Positions 38,961-47,631 of a stretch of DNA of 64,000 nucleotides are shown piece after piece. The stretch spans positions 283,628 to 347,627 of the forward strand of contig JBILLK010000011.1 in assembly GCA_044376115.1 (NCBI GenBank), given 5' to 3'. Positions within the stretch are counted from its first letter, which is position 1. The number at the start of each line of letters is the position of its first letter. The notes under the pieces are model-generated. The model saw only the letters and a list, made by a program, of their open reading frames with translations. It searched no databases and was not told the origin of the DNA. This DNA comes from Polyangiaceae bacterium. GTDB taxonomy: Bacteria > Myxococcota_A > Polyangia > Polyangiales > Polyangiaceae. The translations under genes and the position numbers were made by a program.

Positions 38961-41738
38961 TCAGGCGCTCAGCTTGTCAGGGCCGCCCTTGATGTTGCAC
39001 GGGCCGTCGGACTCGAGTTTCAGCGAGCCTTCGATCGTGATGCTTTGCGGAGTCAGCTCGACGGCTGCACCCTCGATCTCGAGACGGAATTTTTCTTCAG
39101 CCTCCAGCTCGATCTCGGTGCCGCGAACCTCAAACTCCTCCTTCGACTCCCACTTGGCGTTCTTCTTGACGACGATCTTGCTGTCTTGAGCCGAGTGGCT
39201 CATCGCGTCTTTGGTCTTGCGACGGATGGCGAAACCAACCACTCGAATCAGCCGGCCGTTTGCCGACTGCGTGATGTTCTCCTCTTGCGTCATGGTGATC
39301 TTGAGACCGCCGACCACCTCGACGAGGTTCTCGTTCGCAAGGTTTTGAACCTGACCCGCGGCGCTCTTCACGTAGTTACCGGCTACGCTCATGGCGAAGT
39401 TCTGGTCGACGTTCTTCGAGATATTGCCGACCATTGCCGAAGAGATGTCTTGCCCAACCGTCGGTCCGCTTCCGCCGCCGCCACCAGCGTCTGCGCCACC
39501 GCCGCCTCCGTTGGCTGCGTTGCTCAGGCCGCCAGGAACTCCACCGGCGTTGCCGGGGCCGCCGCCGCCGTTACCGCCGCCACCACCAGCATTACCGCTG
39601 AGCCCGCCGGGGACGTTGCCCGCTCCGCCCGGGCCGCCCTTCGGCTTTCCGCCGAACAACGACTTTGCCTTGGGCAAGATCGACATGCCGGTCTTGAGCA
39701 GCGGCATCGTGTTCGGCATTTTTCCTTCGAGCACGTTGACCGAGTCCGAGAACTTGCGAGCCGCGAGCTCGGACACGTACTCGCACTTGTCGCCGTCATC
39801 AGGCTTGCTGGGCTTGCCAACCTTCTTCTCGATCGCTGACTGGAGGGCCTTCTTCCCGAGATCCCCGAGCAACTTGCCGAGCGGGCCGCCCTCTCCGCCC
39901 GGGTAGCCGCCAGCACCTGCGTCGAGACCGCCCTTGTTGCCGCCGACCAGCGTGTTCAACAACTCGGCGGCGCCCGGAACGTGGATGCTTACGCTGCCGA
40001 CGCGCGTGGTGACGTTGCCACCAACCGACTCGGTGCTGTTGCCTGTGATGGTCAGCGTGATGGTCTTGGCGGCTTGGATTTGTTCGTTACCGCCGATCTT
40101 CTCGTTGCGGTTCTGTTTGACCCGAGTCTTGTGGGTTTCACCGATCTGGCGCGTCTCGTTGCCCTCGACCTCGACCTTTTGGTCGTTACCTACCGAGCGA
40201 CTGAAGCCCAGCTTCACGAGCCGCGTTTGGTCGTTGCCGATCTTCTCGGTCTTGTTGTTGCCGACCTGGTTTAGGAAGTCGCGCTGGGCGTGCATATCCA
40301 TCACCATCTTGCCGGGCGTATCGTCGAGCCGTACCTCGTTGAAGCCTTGCTTGCCCGGGTAGGACTCGGTCTTGATCGTCATGCGATTCTTGAAGCTCGG
40401 CTGGGTGTACATCGGCACCATTTGGCCGTTGATTTGGCGGCTGATCCCCACCGGCCGATCCGGGTCCCCGTCGATGTAGGAAACCGCGATTTCCCAACCG
40501 ACGCGCGAGAGCACGATCGACGTCGAGGTCTCTTGAAGCACGCGGATCCAGCGCGAATCTTCGTCGGTACCTTTGGCTTCGCGATCCCAATGAAACTGCA
40601 CCTTGGCGCGACCCCAGGTGTCGGTGTGAATCTCTTCGCCCTCGGGGCCGCGCACCATCGCAGTATGGTTGCCGACGATCACCGGGTGGGGCGTTACCAA
40701 AGCCGGCCGGAAGGGTACGTCTGCGGGAATGGCTTTCCACGTGTTCTCGTACTTGCCTTGCCCTTCGCTCGCGTACTTGGTGACGAGCTTGTGCTTCACG
40801 TGCGTGAGCATGTACCGACCCGAAAAGTCGGTGGCTTCGGTGTGTACGAAGATGAAGCCGACGCCGGGGCGGAAGGACACCACGCTGCTCGTGCCTTTGG
40901 CGTAGGAGCGGAAGGCCGTTTGGGCCTCCATCCGAAGCCGCGCGAGCACCTTGCCCTGGTCTCCCTGCCGGTATCCGACGGGATACTCGTACACCTCGAG
41001 GTCGGCGTCGCGCTCATTGGCAGCCGTCGCCAGCAGCGAAACATCGGGCGTCTTCCAGTTGTAGTCGTTGACGGTCGAGGTCCCGCTGGTGGTCATTCCA
41101 CCGCGGTGGAAGGAGGTGATGCCCGGCTTGTCGTCGGCCATCGCGCCCCCGGTTTCGAGCAGCTCGAACACGCTGGGGATGTCCGCATGGGACGAGGACG
41201 CATCGCCAAACTGGATGCTGCCGTCGTCAGAAAAGCTGTAGTAGATGCCCTCGAACTCAAGCAGCCGACTGACGAAGTCGAAGTCGGACTCGCGATACTG
41301 CACGGTGTAAGGGCGCAGGTCGCAGGCGCGGGTGTTGGAGAACTCGTGCTCGACTCCGCTCTCTCCGAGCACCTTCGAGATGATGTCCTCCGGCTTCATG
41401 TCGCGGAACTTGCGGGTGTTGCGCCGGAACTTCACGAAGTAGAAGTCCGGGTGGAGTTCCAGCGCGTAGCGTAGCGATTGGTCCACTACGCCTTTGAAGG
41501 TGGAGGAACCGAGCCGCATCGTGAAGGTGCGAATCGGAAACCCTTTCGAGGTGATGATCAGAATCGCGCGCTCGTCGATCAGCGGGTCGAAGTCCACGTC
41601 GGTAACGTTCGCGACCACGACTCTGGCGACCGTCGACTCGCTGAGGCCTTCTTCGATCTCCGCTTCGAGTACGCGAAACGTGCTCGGCCCGATCACTAGC
41701 TGGAGGTCCAACTCGTCCATGGCAAACGGCAAATCCAT
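38961..41738 (-). CDS. vgrG: Type VI secretion spike protein VgrG (copy A) with Gly-rich insertion in the C-terminal region
   Basis: VQYRESDFDFVSRLLEFEGIYY, EIHTDTWGRAKVQFHWD, GDPDRP, GFNEVRLDD, HAQRD. Confidence 0.94.
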   Translation of the reverse strand: MDLPFAMDELDLQLVIGPSTFRVLEAEIEEGLSESTVARVVVANVTDVDFDPLIDERAILIITSKGFPIRTFTMRLGSSTFKGVVDQSLRYALELHPDFYFVKFRRNTRKFRDMKPEDIISKVLGESGVEHEFSNTRACDLRPYTVQYRESDFDFVSRLLEFEGIYYSFSDDGSIQFGDASSSHADIPSVFELLETGGAMADDKPGITSFHRGGMTTSGTSTVNDYNWKTPDVSLLATAANERDADLEVYEYPVGYRQGDQGKVLARLRMEAQTAFRSYAKGTSSVVSFRPGVGFIFVHTEATDFSGRYMLTHVKHKLVTKYASEGQGKYENTWKAIPADVPFRPALVTPHPVIVGNHTAMVRGPEGEEIHTDTWGRAKVQFHWDREAKGTDEDSRWIRVLQETSTSIVLSRVGWEIAVSYIDGDPDRPVGISRQINGQMVPMYTQPSFKNRMTIKTESYPGKQGFNEVRLDDTPGKMVMDMHAQRDFLNQVGNNKTEKIGNDQTRLVKLGFSRSVGNDQKVEVEGNETRQIGETHKTRVKQNRNEKIGGNEQIQAAKTITLTITGNSTESVGGNVTTRVGSVSIHVPGAAELLNTLVGGNKGGLDAGAGGYPGGEGGPLGKLLGDLGKKALQSAIEKKVGKPSKPDDGDKCEYVSELAARKFSDSVNVLEGKMPNTMPLLKTGMSILPKAKSLFGGKPKGGPGGAGNVPGGLSGNAGGGGGNGGGGPGNAGGVPGGLSNAANGGGGGADAGGGGGSGPTVGQDISSAMVGNISKNVDQNFAMSVAGNYVKSAAGQVQNLANENLVEVVGGLKITMTQEENITQSANGRLIRVVGFAIRRKTKDAMSHSAQDSKIVVKKNAKWESKEEFEVRGTEIELEAEEKFRLEIEGAAVELTPQSITIEGSLKLESDGPCNIKGGPDKLSA

Positions 41739-41752
41739 ACGTTTCTCCTCGA

Positions 41753-42796
41753 TCAGCTGGCTTTGGGCCAGGGCTCGTCAGTCAACATTTCTGGGGCAAG
41801 GGACACGGTGGCGAAGGAACGGATTGCTTGCAGCCGATCCCACTTCATCGGAAGAATGATTGATGCGCGGTACGTGAGTTCCACGGTGCGCTCATCGGCG
41901 TCGATCAAGAGGCCGTCGAGATGGGTCGGGTGCAAACGCACCTGATCGTCCAGAACGCTCTCGCAGAAGATCGGGTAGCGGGGGAGCTTGAAGCGCCAGG
42001 TGCCCTCGGGGAGAACGCCGCCAACCTCGATCGGCTCGTCGCCCAGGAGCGGCGTCTTCGAGTGAAGACCAGGCGCGGCCCAGCTGTGGTGCGCTACCTG
42101 AAAGTCGAGCGGACGAATGGGGAGGCGCTCTTCCTCCCAGGCCTTGTCACAGGTCCCCTTGCGCGATTGCCTCGGCTCCCAGTTCTCCCAAATGGGCGCG
42201 AAGCAAGCGTGCGCCGGGTGGGACTTCTCTTCCGGCCGCAGCGGATCGTAGATGGGCTCGAGCTGGGGAGCCGGGTGGCCGACGTGATAGACCTTGTCTT
42301 TGCCAAACCCTCTTCCGATGTGGTTCTCAGGACAGAGGTTGCTCTCGTGATCCTTGCCCCCGTAGCAGAGGTCGTAGCGAAGCGGCGTTGGGCCAAGCGC
42401 GCCTACGTCTGTGGTTGTAATTCCAGTGAGAGCGTTCTTGTAGACAGCCGGACCGCCGATTTGGACGATTTTGCGCACCGTCCCAACTTGCAGCCAAGCG
42501 AGCGCCCGATTTTTTTCCTTGGCTTCGCGCGTTAGGGCGGGGTAAGCGGTCCCTACCAGGCCGATGTCGGTTCCCGTCTTCTCCTCGACTAAGTCGCTGG
42601 GGAACCGCAAGGAGCCCTGCTCACCTACGGACGAAATCCGTATGGGGCGGAACCCGAGCCTCACTTCGCCTTGGGCGCTCAGGCGGAAAGCGAGCTTGGC
42701 GATGACGGTGCAGACGTCGTACCCGAGCCGATCGGTGAGCAGGTGGCACTGCACCGTCGCGTAGCTTCTGTTCTCGAGTCGTTGGTTGAAGTCCAT
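41753..42796 (-). CDS. DUF2169 T6SS chaperone (copy 1)
   Basis: SLRFPSDLVEEKTGTDIGLVGTAY, YDLCYGG, NHIGRG, WEPR...GT-x-D-x-x-W, LLGDE, LDGLLID...LTYR. Confidence 0.9.
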   Translation of the reverse strand: MDFNQRLENRSYATVQCHLLTDRLGYDVCTVIAKLAFRLSAQGEVRLGFRPIRISSVGEQGSLRFPSDLVEEKTGTDIGLVGTAYPALTREAKEKNRALAWLQVGTVRKIVQIGGPAVYKNALTGITTTDVGALGPTPLRYDLCYGGKDHESNLCPENHIGRGFGKDKVYHVGHPAPQLEPIYDPLRPEEKSHPAHACFAPIWENWEPRQSRKGTCDKAWEEERLPIRPLDFQVAHHSWAAPGLHSKTPLLGDEPIEVGGVLPEGTWRFKLPRYPIFCESVLDDQVRLHPTHLDGLLIDADERTVELTYRASIILPMKWDRLQAIRSFATVSLAPEMLTDEPWPKAS

Positions 42797-42995
42797 CGCG
42801 TGCCTTGAGTCCTCAAGATACGTGACGCTCGCCTAACGGATCCCGTGAATTCCTCGCCGAATTGCGCTTTTTTCTTGTGAAATGAAGGGGATCCAGGATC
42901 CACCACGACCCTGCATACATGTGTGTTTCGGAGCTTCGGCGGGGAGGGGAGCTTGGCTATCCAGCAAGATACCTACATTAGATTACAGCGGGCTC

Positions 42996-43182
42996 TTGAC
43001 CCATGGTCAACGCTAACTGGTTGATGCTCCTCAGCTGTTTGTCGCCTCCATTTCGCGTGAAACGGTGTCAGCGTAATTCCGCCTCTAACGGATAGCGATT
43101 TCAGTGTGAGTCCGTGTGGTTTTGCAATGACAACGAAATCAGGCGTTTGCGAAAGTTCATAACGCTGTTGACATGCGGTCAA
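42996..43182. promoter_or_regulatory. Two TTGAC-N5-GTCAA inverted repeats upstream of the vgrG operon
   Basis: TTGAC-ccatg-GTCAA at 42996-43010 and TTGAC-atgcg-GTCAA at 43168-43182, within a lower-GC 471-bp intergenic region. Confidence 0.5.
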
Positions 43183-43267
43183 TAGTCAAGGATCCGCGGC
43201 AGCCACGCGAAGTGGCGTTCACGAGTTCTTTTCTGCGGTCCTTGGTTGACGTAGCCCTCTCAAAACC

Positions 43268-44707
43268 ATGAAGCACCGCCCGCGCCTGTCTGCCCATGTG
43301 TTGCCCAGGATCTACGCAGCTGGTCAGAGTTCGTACGTGGTGCTGTACGACACCGAAGCGCTGCGCTCGCACCCCGTGTCTCGCCGCGCGTGGAGCTGTA
43401 TCTCTGCGATGGATGGCACGCGCGACGTCGAAGGTCTTACCGCGTTCCTCAAGGCCCGTGGGACGGAGGCAAGCGCTGAAGAGATCGCCGGGTTCATCGC
43501 CGAACTTGAAAGTCAGTGCTTGGTCGAGGAAGGCGTGGGCGCGCTTCGAGCCTCGGTTACCGAGGAGAGCTCGAGTGACCTCGAGCGACGACTAGAGCCG
43601 CTTCCTCGCTACGCGCTCGAGTGCGATGGCGCAGGTTCATGTTGTCGCTTCTATCCGTCGATCGCGTTCAGTCCTCATGACGTCGCGAAGGCGCGCGCGC
43701 ATTGTCCAGACGTTGAAGACAGCGGTCAGGATGAGCGGCGGGTCTTCGTCCCGCTGATCGGGGTGGAGTCGCCGATGCGAGCCGTTGCTCTTCGCGATGG
43801 GCGATGCACCTATCTCGAAGCGGACGGCGCATGCCTCATTCATAAGCAGGCAGGCGCAGCCGCCAAACCGATCGGGTGCAACCTCTATCCTTCACGCTTC
43901 GTCGATGCGGGGCAAAGCGTGCGCGTGCTGCCCCATCTCGAGTGCGCCTGCGTGTTTCGAAGTGCGGCCGCTCCTGCTGCCACGGATCCAATTCCGCAGA
44001 CCGTGCGAGATCTGCCGCTCGGTGCGGCGGTGGAGCGGCTCGAGAGTCCCGTCATTCTCACGGCGACGCTGGGTGCGTCTTTGGCCGAGGTGCAGGTCGT
44101 ATTCGACGCCTTGAGCGAGCTCTCGTGCGCCGATTGCGTGGGTGCGTTTCTTCAGATCGCTCGTCAGCTCAACGCGTCGCTTTCGGCCGAGGCGATGGCC
44201 GCGACGGTTCAGAATGCTGAAGGCGCGAAGGCGTTCGAGCTGCAGCTTTTCGAGGCTGCGCTCGATTCGCTCGAGCGCAGGGTGTTGCCGCTTACCAGGG
44301 AGGAATGGCGGTCGCCAAAGGACCTGGTGCTCGTCACCGCCAACGCCCTGCTCATGGCGATCGATGTGCTGAAGCAAGGCTTGGCGGAGCTGCTAGAGGG
44401 CCCCGGCGTGTTTGCGGCGGATGAAGCGTTCTACTTCCGCGTTCAGATGTTTGGTCTGGGGCTCTGTGCTCGCAGCGGCACTCGTTCGAGCCGGGTGCTC
44501 GCCTTCGATAGGGCCTTTCGGCTTCTACTCGGTCGCGCGTTGGGCGTGGTCGCGGTGTTGGCCGAGCTAGGTGACCCCGCGTTCAAGTGCCCGCTGAGTT
44601 TGGTCGAGGCCGCGATGCGAGGGTACGGCCTTGGCGTGTACGTGCGCGAACTCGAGCCTGCGATCGAAGCTGCCTACGCCGCGCAAGATGGGCCGACGGC
44701 GAGCTAG
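43268..44707 (+). CDS. YkgJ/FliB-like Cys-cluster protein with N-terminal PqqD/winged-helix-like domain
   Basis: C-x4-SCC, CTYLEADGACLIH...KPIGCNLYP; N-terminal W...MDGTR-x-VE...FIAEL-x-x-x-x-LVE. Confidence 0.75.
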   Translation: MKHRPRLSAHVLPRIYAAGQSSYVVLYDTEALRSHPVSRRAWSCISAMDGTRDVEGLTAFLKARGTEASAEEIAGFIAELESQCLVEEGVGALRASVTEESSSDLERRLEPLPRYALECDGAGSCCRFYPSIAFSPHDVAKARAHCPDVEDSGQDERRVFVPLIGVESPMRAVALRDGRCTYLEADGACLIHKQAGAAAKPIGCNLYPSRFVDAGQSVRVLPHLECACVFRSAAAPAATDPIPQTVRDLPLGAAVERLESPVILTATLGASLAEVQVVFDALSELSCADCVGAFLQIARQLNASLSAEAMAATVQNAEGAKAFELQLFEAALDSLERRVLPLTREEWRSPKDLVLVTANALLMAIDVLKQGLAELLEGPGVFAADEAFYFRVQMFGLGLCARSGTRSSRVLAFDRAFRLLLGRALGVVAVLAELGDPAFKCPLSLVEAAMRGYGLGVYVRELEPAIEAAYAAQDGPTAS

Positions 44708-44712
44708 GCTCG

Positions 44713-45603
44713 TCAATCTTTGCTGAAGTAATTCTCGCCCTGGTACGCGCCGGTGCGCTCCTTCTCGAGCTGCATCAGCACATCATTGAGCAGCGTCGAA
44801 GCGCCAAAGCGGAACAAGTCGGGGCTGAGCCAATCATCGCCCAGCGTCTCTTTGACCATCACGAGATAGTGAAGGGCTTGTTTTGCCGTGCGAATGCCGC
44901 CCGCGGGCTTCATGCCGATCTTCTTGCCGGTGGCGTAGTAGAAATCGCGAATCGCCTCGAGCATGACCAGCGTCACGGGCGGTGTCGCGGCCGGTTGAAT
45001 CTTGCCGGTGGAGGTCTTGATGAAGTCCGCGCCTGCGATCATCGCGATCTGACTTGCCTTGCGCACGACGTCGTAGGTCCCGAGCTCACCCGTCTCCAGG
45101 ATCACCTTGAGGTGAGCGGGCCCACACGCCGCTTTGATCGCGACGATCTCGTCGTACACCTTGCCGAACTCACCGCTCAACATCGCGCCGCGATCGATCA
45201 CCATGTCGATCTCGTCTGCGCCCATCTCGACCGCGCGCCGCGTGTCGTCGATCTTGAGCGGCAGCGGCGAGAGCCCGCTGGGGAAGGCAGTGGCGACGCT
45301 CGCGACTTTCACGTTCGACCCAGCGAGCGCGCGCTTGGCGACGGGCACCATGTTCGGGTAGACGCACACGGCTGCGACCGACGGAATGCCGGGCGACTCG
45401 TGCGGAACCCGCGCCTTCTGGCACATCATCGAGACCTTCCCGGCGGTGTCTTTGCCCTCCAAGGTCGTCAGGTCCATCATGGTGATGGCGAGCTTCAAGC
45501 CGGCGACTTTGGTCTCCTTCTTGATGCTCCGCTTCGCCAGTGATTGCGCACGTTCCTCTACGAAGACCTTGTCGACGGTGGGGGCTGAGAAGTCAGGGTA
45601 CAC
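44713..45603 (-). CDS. deoC: Deoxyribose-phosphate aldolase
   Basis: DLTTLEG, AAVCVYP, GADEIDMV, LKVILETGEL, FIKTSTGK, KPAGGIR, FRFGAS. Start uncertain; GTG 45603 chosen to avoid overlap. Confidence 0.93.
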   Translation of the reverse strand: MYPDFSAPTVDKVFVEERAQSLAKRSIKKETKVAGLKLAITMMDLTTLEGKDTAGKVSMMCQKARVPHESPGIPSVAAVCVYPNMVPVAKRALAGSNVKVASVATAFPSGLSPLPLKIDDTRRAVEMGADEIDMVIDRGAMLSGEFGKVYDEIVAIKAACGPAHLKVILETGELGTYDVVRKASQIAMIAGADFIKTSTGKIQPAATPPVTLVMLEAIRDFYYATGKKIGMKPAGGIRTAKQALHYLVMVKETLGDDWLSPDLFRFGASTLLNDVLMQLEKERTGAYQGENYFSKD

Positions 45604-45690
45604 GGCCGTGGACGGTAGCAGAGACCTGGCCCCGGAAGGGAGCACAGAAGCGCGTGGCGTCCAGAGCCTGGACCGCGTAAGCGAAAAGCT

Positions 45691-46560
45691 ATGCTTCAGG
45701 AGCTGGTCGAACGGGTTCGGGTCAACGGACTTTCGCTTGCCGTTCATCGCTTCTCGCTGGCTGGCTCGGAGCCACCTCCCACCCGAAAGACGGTCCTCCT
45801 ACTGCACGGCTTTCTCGACGCCGCGGCCTCGTGGGACCTGGTCGCGGAGCCGCTGTGCAGCGCCGGGTTTGAGGTGGTAGCACCCGACTTGCGGGGCTTT
45901 GGGCTGTCGGAGCGCGTGGGCGCCGGCGCCTACTACCACTTCCCCGACTATGTCGCCGACGTGGACGAGCTTTGCGAAAAGCTCGCACCGTCGTGGTTGG
46001 GGGTCGTGGGTCACAGCATGGGTGGCGGGGTGGCAACGCTGTTCGCCGGAGCCTGTGCCACGCGGGTCGACAAGCTGGTGGTGATGGAGGGGGTCGGCCC
46101 CGCCTCCGATGCACCGGAGCTTTCGGTGGATCGCTTCCGTAAGTGGCTCTCCGATCGAAGGCGCATCACCCGAGAGCCGCGCTCGATGCCGTTCGAGGAG
46201 GCGGTCACGCGGCTGAAGGCCACGCATCCTCGCTTGAGCGACGAGCTCCTGCGATCGCGCGCGGCTCGCTTGACGGTGCAGCTGCCGACCGGCGGGGTCG
46301 CTTGGGCTTGGGACCCATTGCATCGAACCGTGTCGCCTACGCCGTTTCAAGGCGCGAACTACTCGTCCTTCTTGCGAGCGATTCAGTGCCCGGTGCTGTT
46401 CGTTGATGGCGGTCCGCACGGCTGGCACCCGCCGGAGGAAGAAGAGCGTCTCGCACAAATTGCTGCGCTGCGCCGAGTGTCGTTCCCCGAGGCTGGCCAC
46501 ATGATGCATTGGACGCAGCCCTCGGCGGTGGCTCAGGCGATCGTGGACTTCTTCCTCTAG
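45691..46560 (+). CDS. Alpha/beta hydrolase
   Basis: LLHGFLD, DLRGFGLS, nucleophile GHSMG, AGHMMH. Confidence 0.92.
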   Translation: MLQELVERVRVNGLSLAVHRFSLAGSEPPPTRKTVLLLHGFLDAAASWDLVAEPLCSAGFEVVAPDLRGFGLSERVGAGAYYHFPDYVADVDELCEKLAPSWLGVVGHSMGGGVATLFAGACATRVDKLVVMEGVGPASDAPELSVDRFRKWLSDRRRITREPRSMPFEEAVTRLKATHPRLSDELLRSRAARLTVQLPTGGVAWAWDPLHRTVSPTPFQGANYSSFLRAIQCPVLFVDGGPHGWHPPEEEERLAQIAALRRVSFPEAGHMMHWTQPSAVAQAIVDFFL

Positions 46561-46670
46561 TCGTCATCGGTTGCTCGTCATCGAATTGGCACATATCGCA
46601 GCGTTATGTGTGAATTCATGAGCATGACCTGACGCAACCGTGACATTCGCGGTCCTAGAGTCGGGAGGCG

Positions 46671-47561
46671 ATGTCGACAGCGAAATCCATCAATTGGCTA
46701 GGCTCGATCCCGTTCTTCGTCATTCACCTCCTGGCCATCGGAGGGCTGTTCTTCGTCGGTTGGTCCTGGTGGGGCGCTGGCCTCGCCTTTGCGCTCTACG
46801 CGGTGCGCATGTTCGGCGTAACTGCTGGCTATCATCGTTACTTCGCCCACAAGTCGTACAAGACTTCGCGCTTCTTCCAGGCTTGTTTGGCTTTTCTCGC
46901 GCAGTCCAGCGCTCAAAAGGGCGCTCTCTGGTGGGCCGCTCATCATCGTATGCACCACGCTCGCTCGGATCAACCGGGGGACCTGCACTCGGCCAAGCTC
47001 GACGGTTTCTGGTGGTCGCACGTCGGTTGGATCCTCTCTGCGCAGCACGATGAGACCGACTACTCACGCATTCGTGACTTTGCGAAGTATCCCGAACTGG
47101 TGTGGCTCAATAAGCACTTCCTCGTTGCGCCGACGGTGCTCGGGCTTGGGCTCTTCGCCCTCGGCGGCTTCCCCGCGCTCTACTGGGGCCTTTTCGTTTC
47201 GACGGTCTTTCTCTGGCACGGGACCTTCACCATCAATTCGCTGACGCACATGTGGGGGTCGCGCCGGTTCTCGACCACGGATGACAGCCGAAACAACCTG
47301 TGGCTGGCGCTGATCACCGGGGGCGAGGGTTGGCACAACAATCACCACCACTACCAACGCTCGGTGAACCAAGGCTTCTATTGGTGGGAGATCGACATGA
47401 CCTTCTACACGCTGTGGGTTCTGTCGAAGCTGGGTATCGTTTGGGACCTTCACTTGGCGCCAGAGCGCGTTCGCGTGGGCCACGGCGAGCGGGCCAGCGT
47501 CGTTCGGGACCTCGTCTCGAGTGGCAGCTCAACGGTGGTTGCGGTCGAAGGGGCTGAGTAG
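46671..47561 (+). CDS. Delta-9-type fatty acid desaturase
   Basis: His boxes HRYFAH, HRMHH, GEGWHNNHH. Confidence 0.93.
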   Translation: MSTAKSINWLGSIPFFVIHLLAIGGLFFVGWSWWGAGLAFALYAVRMFGVTAGYHRYFAHKSYKTSRFFQACLAFLAQSSAQKGALWWAAHHRMHHARSDQPGDLHSAKLDGFWWSHVGWILSAQHDETDYSRIRDFAKYPELVWLNKHFLVAPTVLGLGLFALGGFPALYWGLFVSTVFLWHGTFTINSLTHMWGSRRFSTTDDSRNNLWLALITGGEGWHNNHHHYQRSVNQGFYWWEIDMTFYTLWVLSKLGIVWDLHLAPERVRVGHGERASVVRDLVSSGSSTVVAVEGAE

Positions 47562-47631
47562 GGAACCTTTTGCCCGGCATGGTGATGCAGGTCTTTCGGC
47601 GAGTCCGGTTTTTTGGTGTCATGCTGGGCCG

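Noticed and set aside
29975..41474. Long plus-strand ORFs (e.g. 29975-31615, 36671-37906, 40290-41474) antisense to the T6SS genes
   Set aside because: Typical antisense shadow ORFs of high-GC coding DNA, with no recognisable motifs.
42797..43267. Small ORFs as a RiPP precursor for the PqqD-YkgJ protein
   Set aside because: No ORF with a convincing SD or leader/core pattern.
45604..45747. N-terminal extension of DeoC overlapping the hydrolase gene head-to-head
   Set aside because: Probably an over-extended ORF call; a later start removes the overlap. The same applies to the extended calls for gshA, nudC and the GT genes.
46616..46628. TCATG-AG-CATGA palindrome upstream of the desaturase
   Set aside because: Short and single-copy; too weak to call an operator without comparative data.
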